Shown here one piece after another: positions 18,701-27,026 of a DNA stretch of 47,166 nucleotides. The translations under genes were made by a program, and so were the position numbers. Source of the DNA: Syntrophomonadaceae bacterium (GTDB lineage: Bacteria; Bacillota; Dethiobacteria; DTU022); the NCBI GenBank assembly GCA_003553895.1, contig PWFM01000050.1, positions 1-47,166 on the forward strand. The letters are read 5' to 3'. Numbering within the stretch: position 1 is the first letter of the stretch; each line of letters begins with the position of its first letter. Under the pieces are notes generated by a model. That model worked only from the letters and a program-made list of their open reading frames with translations, was not told the DNA's origin and ran no database searches.

Positions 18701-18730
18701 AAATACAAGAAATGCTGCGGAACGGGCTAA
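15701..18730 (+). CDS. secA: preprotein translocase ATPase SecA
   Basis: 1009 aa. Motifs are [34 protein letters not shown] and [24 protein letters not shown]. The C-terminal zinc motif is [14 protein letters not shown]. Confidence 0.97.
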   Translation: [1009 protein letters not shown]

Positions 18731-18778
18731 ACTACCGTCAAATAAGAAATGATTGATTATCCTGAAAGTGGTGATAAG

Positions 18779-19901
18779 ATGCTTAAAGAGCACCTTGAAG
18801 AACTGGAACTTCAAAAGAAACGGTTTGAAGAAATGAGGGCTTCTCTTTGAATATGACGAGAAGCTAAAACAACTGGGGAAGTCGGAAGCCAGGGCCGGAG
18901 AGCCCGGCTTTTGGGACAACAGCGTCAGGGCCCAGGAGTATATGAAAAAACAAGGCGAACTGCGCGAAAAAATCCGGCCCCTGCAGGAACTGGAAAAATT
19001 GATTGAAGAAACGGAAGTATACCTGGAACTGGCCACTGAAGAAGAGCGCGATGAGCAGGAAGCGGTTAAAGAAGCCGCTAAAAGCCTTGGTGAAATAAGA
19101 AAAAAGCTTGACCGTCTAGAGCTTGAAATCCTTCTGAACGGCAAGTATGATTTCTGTGATGCTATCTTATCGCTTCACCCCGGTGCCGGGGGGCTGGAAT
19201 CCCAGGATTGGGCTGAAATGCTCCTGCGCATGTACAACCGGTGGTGCGAACAGAACGGCTACGAGATTGAGCTGGTCGATCTGCTCAGTGATGATGAGGC
19301 CGGGATCAAGAGCGCTACTTTTATCGTCCGGGGGCATGCCGCCTACGGTTATCTGCAGGCGGAAAAAGGGGTTCACAGAATGATCCGTATTTCGCCCTTT
19401 GATACTTCCAAGCGGCGTCATACTTCTTTTGCTTCCGTTGATGTTGTCCCGGAAGTGGAGGAAGAGGAATATACTATTAACCCTGATGACCTGAAGATCG
19501 ACACCTTCAGGGCAAGTGGAGCGGGCGGTCAGCATGTTAATAAAACCGATTCAGCTGTCAGAATTACTCATCTACCTACCGGCCTGGTTGTTACATGCCA
19601 GAATGATCGTTCCCAGCACAGCAACCGGAACAGGGCCCTGAAAGTCCTCCAGGCAAAGCTGGCCGAAATAAGCCGCCGCGAACAGGCCGAAGAGATAGAT
19701 GCCGAAAGAGGGCAGCAAAGGGAGATTGCCTGGGGAAGCCAGATCCGGACCTATACCTTTCATCCTTTTACCCTGGTTAAGGACCACCGTACGGGGGTGG
19801 AAGTGGGCCAGGTGGAGGCAGTAATGAATGGCATGCTCGATCCCTTTATTGATGCTTACCTGCGTTGGAAAGCCAGGGGCAAAGTGCCTTTGAAAAAATA
19901 A
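18779..19901 (+). CDS. prfB: peptide chain release factor 2, requires a programmed +1 frameshift
   Basis: Frame 0 reads MLKEHLEELELQKKRFEEMRASL and then TGA at 18848-18850. The slip site is CTT TGA A (18845-18851), with GAGGG 5 nt upstream. The +1 frame continues EYDEKLKQLGK...FWDN and joins the long ORF ending at 19901. The SPF and GGQ motifs are present. Confidence 0.9.
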
Positions 19902-19925
19902 CCCGGCATAATGGAGATTTACTAA

Positions 19926-20804
19926 ATGAAGTTTAAAAAGCCTCAGGTAACAAAAGTTGATCTCAAGTTCTATTTTATTGATCTGCTTGGCATCATTGCC
20001 GGCTGTTTCATCATGGCTCTCAGCATGAACATGTTCAAAGTGCCCAACTTTCTCGTACCCGGCGGAATAAGCGGGATCGGGGTTTTTGCGTACCACATCA
20101 TTGGTGTTCCCGTGGGCCTGACGATTATTATCTTAAACATACCCCTTTTTGTTGCTGCCTATTTTCAGCTTGGTCCCCGAATGGTGGTGCAAAGTCTGAT
20201 CGGCACATTAATATTTTCGTTTGCCATAGATGTTACGGCTCCTTTTTTGCCCCAGGCTACCGATGATCTGCTTCTTGCCGCAGTTTATGGTGGGGTAATT
20301 ATGGGCATCGGAGTGGGCCTGGTTTTTCGTTTCCGCAGCTCAACAGGGGGCACTGCCCTGCTTTCCCTGATCCTGGCCAAGGTTACCGGGGTTAGCCCGG
20401 GACAGGCGCTGTTTTTCGGAGACCTTTTTGTCCTGGCTCTGGCTATCTTTATTTTTGGCAGTGAACCGGCTATGTATTCAGCCCTGGCTCTTTTTGTTAG
20501 TATCAAAGTGGTTGACGCCGTTCTGGAAGGCCTCGGCTTGTCCAAGCAGGCTATTATTATCACTCGCAGCGGGGCTGAGATTAATACGAGGTTGTTGGGT
20601 GAACTAGGACGTGGCGTAACCAGAATTGAAGCACAGGGCGGCTATACCGGAGAAGGCCGCGAAGTGCTTTTGTGTGTGGTGACCAGGCAACAAACCTCCC
20701 ATCTTAAATCGATTATTCATGAAGTCGATCCAACTGCTTTTGTAATTATCGGCAATGCTACGGAAGTTCATGGAGAAGGTTTTAAAAAAATGCAGCAAAA
20801 TTAA
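19926..20804 (+). CDS. YitT-family membrane protein (DUF161 repeats plus DUF2179)
   Basis: 292 aa. Polytopic N-terminal region and a C-terminal GGYTGEGREVLLCVV...DPTAFVII domain typical of YitT-like proteins. Confidence 0.85.
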   Translation: MKFKKPQVTKVDLKFYFIDLLGIIAGCFIMALSMNMFKVPNFLVPGGISGIGVFAYHIIGVPVGLTIIILNIPLFVAAYFQLGPRMVVQSLIGTLIFSFAIDVTAPFLPQATDDLLLAAVYGGVIMGIGVGLVFRFRSSTGGTALLSLILAKVTGVSPGQALFFGDLFVLALAIFIFGSEPAMYSALALFVSIKVVDAVLEGLGLSKQAIIITRSGAEINTRLLGELGRGVTRIEAQGGYTGEGREVLLCVVTRQQTSHLKSIIHEVDPTAFVIIGNATEVHGEGFKKMQQN

Positions 20805-20947
20805 TCATACCGGTTTAATGGATTTTAAAAATATGCAAAACATGTTAATATTTTAAAATGTTTAGCAGGATAAAAACAATTACTGTCGAAATTTAAAGCT
20901 AACAGAGTAGTAGATTATGTAAAGTATATAGAGGAAGGTTCTTCTGC

Positions 20948-21637
20948 ATGGTCGAAGCGAAAAACCTGTCCATGAAGTACGGCAAAGGCAAGCAACTTGC
21001 CCTGGACGATGTCAGTTTTTTTATCGATCGCGGTGAATTTGCTTTTTTCGTTGGTTCAAGCGGCGCCGGGAAGTCGACACTTTTGAAGCTGATCATCCGG
21101 GAGTTAAAACCAACCGGAGGCGTGCTCAAGGTGTTTAACAGGGATGCCGGCCGCCTGCCGGGGCACCGCCTCCCATATCTGAGGCGTAACATCGGCATGG
21201 TATTCCAGGATTTTAGGCTGATGGAGGAGAGGACTGTATATGACAATGTCGCTTTTGCGATGATTGTTATCGGTTCTTCGCGTCGTGAGATCAGGCGGCG
21301 GGTCCCCCATGTCTTGAACCTGGTTGGATTGCAGGACAAGGCCAAAAAAAAAGTAACCGACCTGTCCGGTGGAGAACAGCAGCGGGTCGGACTGGCCAGG
21401 GCCATTGCCAATCGTCCGGCCATGATTATTGCCGATGAACCGACGGGCAACCTGGATCCGGGAACGGCCATGGATATCATGAGCCTGCTGCGCAGCATCA
21501 ACCTGCGCGGAACCACGGTTCTGGTGGCAACCCATAACCGGGACATTGTCGACCAGTTCAGAAAAAGGGTGCTATACCTGGAAAATGGCAAATTAGTCGG
21601 CGATGAACAAAAGGGGATATACACTAATGTTCATTAG
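20948..21637 (+). CDS. ftsE: cell-division ABC ATPase FtsE
   Basis: Walker A is GSSGAGKST, the ABC signature is LSGGEQQRV, and Walker B is IIADEPTGNLD. 229 aa, immediately upstream of ftsX. Confidence 0.92.
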   Translation: MVEAKNLSMKYGKGKQLALDDVSFFIDRGEFAFFVGSSGAGKSTLLKLIIRELKPTGGVLKVFNRDAGRLPGHRLPYLRRNIGMVFQDFRLMEERTVYDNVAFAMIVIGSSRREIRRRVPHVLNLVGLQDKAKKKVTDLSGGEQQRVGLARAIANRPAMIIADEPTGNLDPGTAMDIMSLLRSINLRGTTVLVATHNRDIVDQFRKRVLYLENGKLVGDEQKGIYTNVH

Positions 21638-22514
21638 CGGCTTCATGTATATCCTGGGAGAAACATTGAAAGGGCTCTACCGTAACCGCTGGATGTGTAT
21701 TACTTCGACCGGGGTGGTTATGGTTACCTTGTTGATGCTTGGCCTGTTTATGGTAGTTAACCTTAATGTTCGCCACATCACTGAAGCTGTTAAAGAGCAG
21801 GTCGAAATGGTAGTCTATATCGATGAAGAAGCCGGGCGGAGCACTGTTGAAGAATTAGGGCGTAAAATAGCGGATCACCCGGAAGTGGAACGGGTTGACT
21901 ATGTGTCCAGCGAAGAACATATGGGTCGCCTCCAGCAGCAGCTGGGAGGAATGCTGGAAGGTTACGACAGTACACTGGACAACCCGCTTCTGGCTTCATT
22001 CGAGGTCGGGACGGAAGATCCGGAAGCTGTGGTCAGGTTGGCCGGAGAGTTTGAAACCTATCCCGGTGTGGCGGCTGTATTTTACGGCCAGGGATACGTA
22101 GAAAACCTGTTTGAAATAACCAGGGTAGCCCAGGCCATCGGATTGGCCCTAATGGCAGGTCTGGCCGTTACGGCGGTTTTCCTGATATCACATACCATCA
22201 AGCTTACTGTTATGATGCGAAAAAGGGAAATAACAATTATGAAATATGTTGGCGCCACCAACTGGTTTATTCGCTGGCCTTTCCTCCTGGAAGGCCTGCT
22301 GATGGGTTTCGTTGGTGCGGCTCTGCCCCTTGGCCTTCTGCATTATATGTACAGTATTTCGGTAGAATGGGTAGCCGTAAACGACCTGATGTTCATTAAT
22401 CTGCTGCCCCTGCAGACGGTGATGGCCGAACTGGCTGTATACCTGATCCCTCTCGGGACCGGGCTTGGCATTTTGGGCAGCACGTTTTCGATGGGCCGTT
22501 TTCTTAGGGTATAG
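21603..22514 (+). CDS. ftsX: cell-division permease-like protein FtsX
   Basis: About 300 aa with an N-terminal TM, a large extracytoplasmic loop and three C-terminal TMs. The ORF overlaps ftsE. The start may instead be the ATG at 21627. Confidence 0.85.
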   Translation: MNKRGYTLMFISGFMYILGETLKGLYRNRWMCITSTGVVMVTLLMLGLFMVVNLNVRHITEAVKEQVEMVVYIDEEAGRSTVEELGRKIADHPEVERVDYVSSEEHMGRLQQQLGGMLEGYDSTLDNPLLASFEVGTEDPEAVVRLAGEFETYPGVAAVFYGQGYVENLFEITRVAQAIGLALMAGLAVTAVFLISHTIKLTVMMRKREITIMKYVGATNWFIRWPFLLEGLLMGFVGAALPLGLLHYMYSISVEWVAVNDLMFINLLPLQTVMAELAVYLIPLGTGLGILGSTFSMGRFLRV

Positions 22515-22559
22515 AGAGAAAAAAATGACATTATTTCATCAGGGAGGAAAAAAATAATC

Positions 22560-23771
22560 ATGCTTGCCGGTATTGGTTCCAGGAAATTGACCTTTATCGT
22601 TGTTGTGCTCCTATCGCTGGTGATAGCAGTGTTCCTTTTTGGGCCTGCTGAAGCGGTTACAAACGATGAAATTGATGCCAGGCAGGAGGAACTGGAAGAA
22701 GTTGAAGAGCGCAAGAGGGAGGAAAAAAGTGCCCTCGAACACCGGTTAAATCGAGAAGCGGCCTTACAAGAAGAGCTGGAAGAACTCGAAAGTCGCCTGG
22801 TTGAACTGGAGCAGGAGCAAGAGCATTTAAAAAGGGAAATTGCGGAAGTAGAAGGTGAGATAGCTGATGCCGAAAAGGAATTGGCTGAAGCGGAAGAAAG
22901 GCTAAGTTACCAGGAAGATCTTTTAAACCTGCGCTTACGAGCTATTCAGCAGTACGGAGTGGTTTCATACCTGGAAGTACTCTTTGAATCGAGCAGTTTT
23001 CCTGATTTTCTGACCAGGCTTTACAACCTGAGCATTATTGCCTCAAATGATCTGCGCTTGATTGAAGAAATCCAGGATGAAAGGGACATTATCCAGGCCT
23101 GGAAAGACGAATTGGAAGAAAGCAAGGCTGAGCTTGAAAATATGCGCCGTCAGGTAGCCGCCAATGAAGAAGAAATAAGGCAGGCCACGGCCGACCGGGA
23201 ATTAATTCTTGAAGAATTGCAGGGCGAAATAGTTAAAAACCTGCAGGCTATTGAAGACCTTGAAAAAGAAGCCCAGCGCCTGGATTCGATGATCAGAGAG
23301 CTGATTGCCCAGGCGGAAAGCCAGTTTTCCGGCATTGATGGTGATCTGCACTGGCCTATCGAATCGCCTACCAGGATTACCTCAGGCTATGGTTGGCGCC
23401 GGGATCCCTTCAGCGGTAATCAGGCCTGGCACGGCGGAGTCGATATAGCGCCCCATGGTGGGGCGGCCAACTATATCCTGGCTGCCGAAGAAGGAGAAGT
23501 TATTTATTCCGGCTGGAACGGCGGATACGGCAATTGCCTCATGATTGATCACGGCGGCGGGACTGTAACCCTCTATGCTCACATGAGCAGCCTCCTGGTT
23601 GGAAAGGGAGATATAGTGGATCGCGGTCAGCGGATTGCCAGGGCGGGCACCACCGGGTACAGCACGGGCGTGCCCCTTCATTTTGAAGTGAGAGAATATG
23701 AAAAATCACCGGTGCGCAGTTATCCGGGTGGAGGGATGGATCATCGCTACGACCCGATGAAGTATTTCTAA
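22560..23771 (+). CDS. coiled-coil M23/LytM-domain protein (EnvC/PcsB-like partner of FtsEX)
   Basis: Signal-anchor, then about 230 aa of E/L-rich coiled coil, then an M23 domain. The HGGVD (HxxxD) motif and YAHMS are present. The HxH motif reads PLH (GVPLHFEV). Confidence 0.85.
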   Translation: MLAGIGSRKLTFIVVVLLSLVIAVFLFGPAEAVTNDEIDARQEELEEVEERKREEKSALEHRLNREAALQEELEELESRLVELEQEQEHLKREIAEVEGEIADAEKELAEAEERLSYQEDLLNLRLRAIQQYGVVSYLEVLFESSSFPDFLTRLYNLSIIASNDLRLIEEIQDERDIIQAWKDELEESKAELENMRRQVAANEEEIRQATADRELILEELQGEIVKNLQAIEDLEKEAQRLDSMIRELIAQAESQFSGIDGDLHWPIESPTRITSGYGWRRDPFSGNQAWHGGVDIAPHGGAANYILAAEEGEVIYSGWNGGYGNCLMIDHGGGTVTLYAHMSSLLVGKGDIVDRGQRIARAGTTGYSTGVPLHFEVREYEKSPVRSYPGGGMDHRYDPMKYF

Positions 23772-23786
23772 ACACGGACTAATATT

Positions 23787-23805
23787 AAAACCGGCACCGG
23801 TTTTT
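23787..23805 (+). terminator. weak AU-rich terminator hairpin
   Basis: AAAACCG-GCAC-CGGTTTT followed by one further T. Only 3 G-C pairs. Confidence 0.4.
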
Positions 23806-23835
23806 AAGAAGCAATCAAGGCTTAAGCTCCTTTTC

Positions 23836-23874
23836 ATCGGCCACTCCGGCTACTTCGGTACAGGAGTGGCCGAT
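23836..23874 (+). other. stable 12-bp hairpin with an inner TAC-TTCG-GTA cap
   Basis: ATCGGCCACTCC (23836-23847) pairs perfectly with GGAGTGGCCGAT (23863-23874). No U-tract follows. Confidence 0.7.
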
Positions 23875-24016
23875 TTATAGCTACTTGCCTAACTAGCTAT
23901 ATTGATATTAAAATGCTATTCTGCTGTGGACACATTACTGTTTATTTATGGTATTATAGATGTTGGACCCCTTTGGTGGGGGTAATACAGCATGGTGGAG
24001 ACTGGGGGAGAAAAGC

Positions 24017-25504
24017 TTGGAAAGAGCGGATAAAACTTTGCTTTTCCGGCTGTTGATAGTTTTTGTGGTCATACTGATCGGGACCAATGCCGCTAATTAC
24101 CTGTTATTTTCCGGCCAGACTGATCCCGGACCGTCTGTCGATGAAGAGTCGAGAACAATTATCAGGTATGAACCGCGTGACCATGAACTTGAGGAAGAAA
24201 CAAAAATATTTTTTGAAGCCATGGATAAAATTACCAGAAATTATTTCTACCCCGTAGAAACCGATAAGCTGGTTGAAGGCGCTATTCGGGGGATGATCGA
24301 TATAATTGACGATCCCCAGGTCCGTTTTTTCGATCCCGATGAGCTGGAAGAATTCCTGCTCGATACCAGGGGTTCTTATGGCGGGGTTGGGATCCGTATT
24401 ATTGAAACCGGTGAAGATATTGTGGTATTTGAAGCTTTCCCCGATTCGCCAGCTGAAAGAAACGGCATTATGGCCGGTGATCGCCTCCTGGAAGCAGACG
24501 GGCAATCATTGACCGGGGAAGGAATAGACCGGGCCGTAGAGCTGTTAAGGGGCCCTGCTGATACAACTGTTGATGTGAAAATCCGCCGGCCGGGCGCTGA
24601 AGAACCGCTTGAGATGACCGTCAGAAGGGAAGAAATTCAAATTGTGACCGTGACCAGCGAAAGGCTGGATGACGGAGTTGGGTATATAGCTATTAACAGT
24701 TTTGACAGTAATACTTCCGGTGAATTTTTAGATCGCCTGGAACAATTTGAACGAGAAGGCCTGGACGCAGGTCTAATCCTCGATCTACGCAACAATTCCG
24801 GAGGTTTGGTCGATCAGGCTGTAAGCATAGCTAAAGAGATTGTTCCGGATGGAGAAATTGTCAGGCTGGTGGGGCGAGATGAGACACTGAGGACCGTTTA
24901 TAATTCCAGCGCCCCTAAAAAACCATATCCGATAGTGATATTAATTAACGAAGAAACAGCCAGTGCGGCGGAACTTTTAGCCGGGTCGATGCAGGACCGG
25001 GAAGCGGCGTTACTGGTTGGTCGGACTACTTTTGGAAAAGCCTCGGTCCAACAGTTGGAAGAACTGCCCGGTGAAAATGCAATTATGCTAACCGTTGCCA
25101 ATTATTTTACACCCTCGGGCCACAACATTGATGAGTACGGCATTGCTCCCGATTTTGATATAGAGATGCCGGAAATCCTTCATTATTATCGCTATTTCCA
25201 TCCGGGCCCTCTTGAGCTTGATGATTATGGGGTGGAAGTGGAGATGTTACAGGATATGTTGACCCAAATCGGCTATGAAGTTGAGAGCAGTGGTTACTTC
25301 GATGATGGGACCAGCCAGGCTTTGTCTGATTTTCAGGTCGATGTCGGGATTAGTCCCAGCGGCGAATTTGATGAATCTACATGGGTGGAATTGAGAGAAG
25401 CGCTTGATGTAGCTTCCCGGGAACAGGACAAGCAACTCAATTTCGGATTGGAACTACTCAATGATCCTGAGACCTGGATTGATGACGGGGGAACGGAGCA
25501 ATAG
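24017..25504 (+). CDS. ctpA: S41 carboxy-terminal processing peptidase with PDZ and C-terminal peptidoglycan-binding domain
   Basis: Contains a PDZ domain (GIMAGDRLLEADGQSL), an S41 Ser region (NEETASAAELLAG), a TFGKASVQ Lys region and a C-terminal PG_binding_1-like repeat. The ORF opens at ATG 23960. I prefer the TTG at 24017, which has GGGGGAG 6 nt upstream. An extended -10 (TGGTATTAT, 23949-23957) would place the TSS after 23960. Confidence 0.85.
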   Translation: MERADKTLLFRLLIVFVVILIGTNAANYLLFSGQTDPGPSVDEESRTIIRYEPRDHELEEETKIFFEAMDKITRNYFYPVETDKLVEGAIRGMIDIIDDPQVRFFDPDELEEFLLDTRGSYGGVGIRIIETGEDIVVFEAFPDSPAERNGIMAGDRLLEADGQSLTGEGIDRAVELLRGPADTTVDVKIRRPGAEEPLEMTVRREEIQIVTVTSERLDDGVGYIAINSFDSNTSGEFLDRLEQFEREGLDAGLILDLRNNSGGLVDQAVSIAKEIVPDGEIVRLVGRDETLRTVYNSSAPKKPYPIVILINEETASAAELLAGSMQDREAALLVGRTTFGKASVQQLEELPGENAIMLTVANYFTPSGHNIDEYGIAPDFDIEMPEILHYYRYFHPGPLELDDYGVEVEMLQDMLTQIGYEVESSGYFDDGTSQALSDFQVDVGISPSGEFDESTWVELREALDVASREQDKQLNFGLELLNDPETWIDDGGTEQ

Positions 25505-26884
25505 ATGCAGCTTTTTTTGGAAATCAGCCAGATCTTTGTTACTACTTTCATGATTGCTCTGGTTATGCCTATATTTTGGATAGTGCTTTTCCTGGTTTAC
25601 CTCCAGTACAGACGACAGGCTGCAACCGAGGAAAAATTGTTTGGAAGAAGCATTAATCGGGTTGGCAAGCAGATGATCACGTCTGTCGGCCTGGGTATGG
25701 TCGGTGGTTTTGGGGCCAGCGCTATCCTGGTGTTCATGGGCCTATCCCTCGAACAAATCGGCCTCTATTTCATTTGGCCGGTGGCCCTGCTGCTGCTTTT
25801 GATCAATCCCCGCTACCTCTGTTTTTCTTATGCCGGGGGCATTGTGGCTTCCATGGTTTTGCTGTTCCGTTATGCTTTTCTGCCCCTTTTCCCAGCCCTG
25901 AGTGAAAATGTGGTTATCGAATCTTTGATGCGCATCCATATCCCGGCTCTGCTGGTTCTGATCGGATTGCTTCATCTGGCCGAAGCTCTTCTGATCTATT
26001 TTGGCGGCCACTGGGGAAGCAGTCCTATATACCTCAAGAGGGATAACGGTGAAGTAGTTGGGGCTTTTTCTCTGCAGCGCTTCTGGCCTCTCCCCCTGGT
26101 GGCTCTGCTGGTGACAGTTGTTGCCGAGCCGGAAATAGTTGGTGTTAATATGCCGGGGTGGTGGCCTATTCTTCAGCCGGCTTTCGAACCTGGTGTAGGC
26201 GAAAGTTTGCAGTTTATGATTGTCCCGGTTGCTGCCGGGCTCGGCTATGGTGACATGGTCCTTTCTTCGACCCCACGGGAAAGAACTGCTTTCTCTGCCA
26301 AATGGTTGGCCTTATACAGTATGGCCCTGCTTTTTGTTGCGGTGGGGGCGGAATATTTCCCCCCCCTGGTGCTGCCCGGGGTAGTTTTTGCCCCCCTGGG
26401 TCATGAGCTGTTAATATTATACGGAAAAAATAAAGAAGAAAACAGACCCCCCCGCTATCGTCAGTCCAGTCCTGGAGTGACGGTGATGATGGTCTTGCCC
26501 AATTCTCCAGCTTATGATGCCGGTCTTTGCCATGATGATATTATTCTAAAAGTCAACGGAGAACCGGTTGCTGATAATTGGGAACTACTGGAAAAAATTG
26601 AAGCCAGCTATTTTATGGTCCTCCTGGACGGGTCCAGGAATGATCAGCCCTTTTCTGTGATATTGAAAAAGCAAACCCAGGAAGGCGAATATGCCAACGG
26701 TACTTTTCAATCCCGCCAAGATTCTGTCCGCTCCCATTACTTCATCTTGCACCGCAGTGCGGCCCTGGGCTTTATCCCGGTTCCCGCTTCGGATTCGCCG
26801 GTCTACCTTGAAATGCGCAAGCCGGATCCTCTGGGAAGGCTTAAACGTTTGCGTAAAAAGGAGAAAAAGTTTAAAGTTTCCTAA
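25505..26884 (+). CDS. polytopic membrane protein with C-terminal PDZ domain
   Basis: 459 aa with multiple TM helices followed by a PDZ domain (GVTVMMVLPNSPAYDAGLCHDDIILKVNGEPV). The ATG directly abuts the ctpA stop. It occupies the same position as B. subtilis minJ (yvjD), but homology is not verified. Confidence 0.7.
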   Translation: MQLFLEISQIFVTTFMIALVMPIFWIVLFLVYLQYRRQAATEEKLFGRSINRVGKQMITSVGLGMVGGFGASAILVFMGLSLEQIGLYFIWPVALLLLLINPRYLCFSYAGGIVASMVLLFRYAFLPLFPALSENVVIESLMRIHIPALLVLIGLLHLAEALLIYFGGHWGSSPIYLKRDNGEVVGAFSLQRFWPLPLVALLVTVVAEPEIVGVNMPGWWPILQPAFEPGVGESLQFMIVPVAAGLGYGDMVLSSTPRERTAFSAKWLALYSMALLFVAVGAEYFPPLVLPGVVFAPLGHELLILYGKNKEENRPPRYRQSSPGVTVMMVLPNSPAYDAGLCHDDIILKVNGEPVADNWELLEKIEASYFMVLLDGSRNDQPFSVILKKQTQEGEYANGTFQSRQDSVRSHYFILHRSAALGFIPVPASDSPVYLEMRKPDPLGRLKRLRKKEKKFKVS

Positions 26885-26917
26885 CTCCCTTATTATACAA
26901 GTTAGTCCGCAGGCAAT

Positions 26918-26945
26918 TTGCAATCGGAACAAATATTAATATAAT
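26918..26945 (+). promoter_or_regulatory. candidate sigma-A promoter for uvrB
   Basis: TTGCAA (26918-26923), 16-nt spacer, TATAAT (26940-26945). Confidence 0.45.
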
Positions 26946-27026
26946 TGAGAAGTAGCGGCCTGTTAACTATGTTATAATTGTTGTTGTTAACTATTATAAA
27001 TAAGCTGCTGGACGAGAGGTGTTCAA

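Noticed and set aside
18224-19144. 306-aa minus-strand ORF, Ser/Phe/Arg-rich
   Set aside because: It is antisense to the 3' end of secA and the 5' part of prfB, both confidently identified. Its composition is low-complexity, it has no motifs and no RBS.
20899-21624. 241-aa minus-strand ORF
   Set aside because: It is fully antisense to ftsE. Long antisense ORFs are common opposite ABC ATPase genes. No recognisable domain.
26924-26939. LexA (Cheo) box-like CGGAACAAATATTAAT in the uvrB promoter spacer
   Set aside because: Only the left half (GAAC) matches GAAC-N4-GTTC. The right half is ATTA. This is insufficient to call an SOS box.
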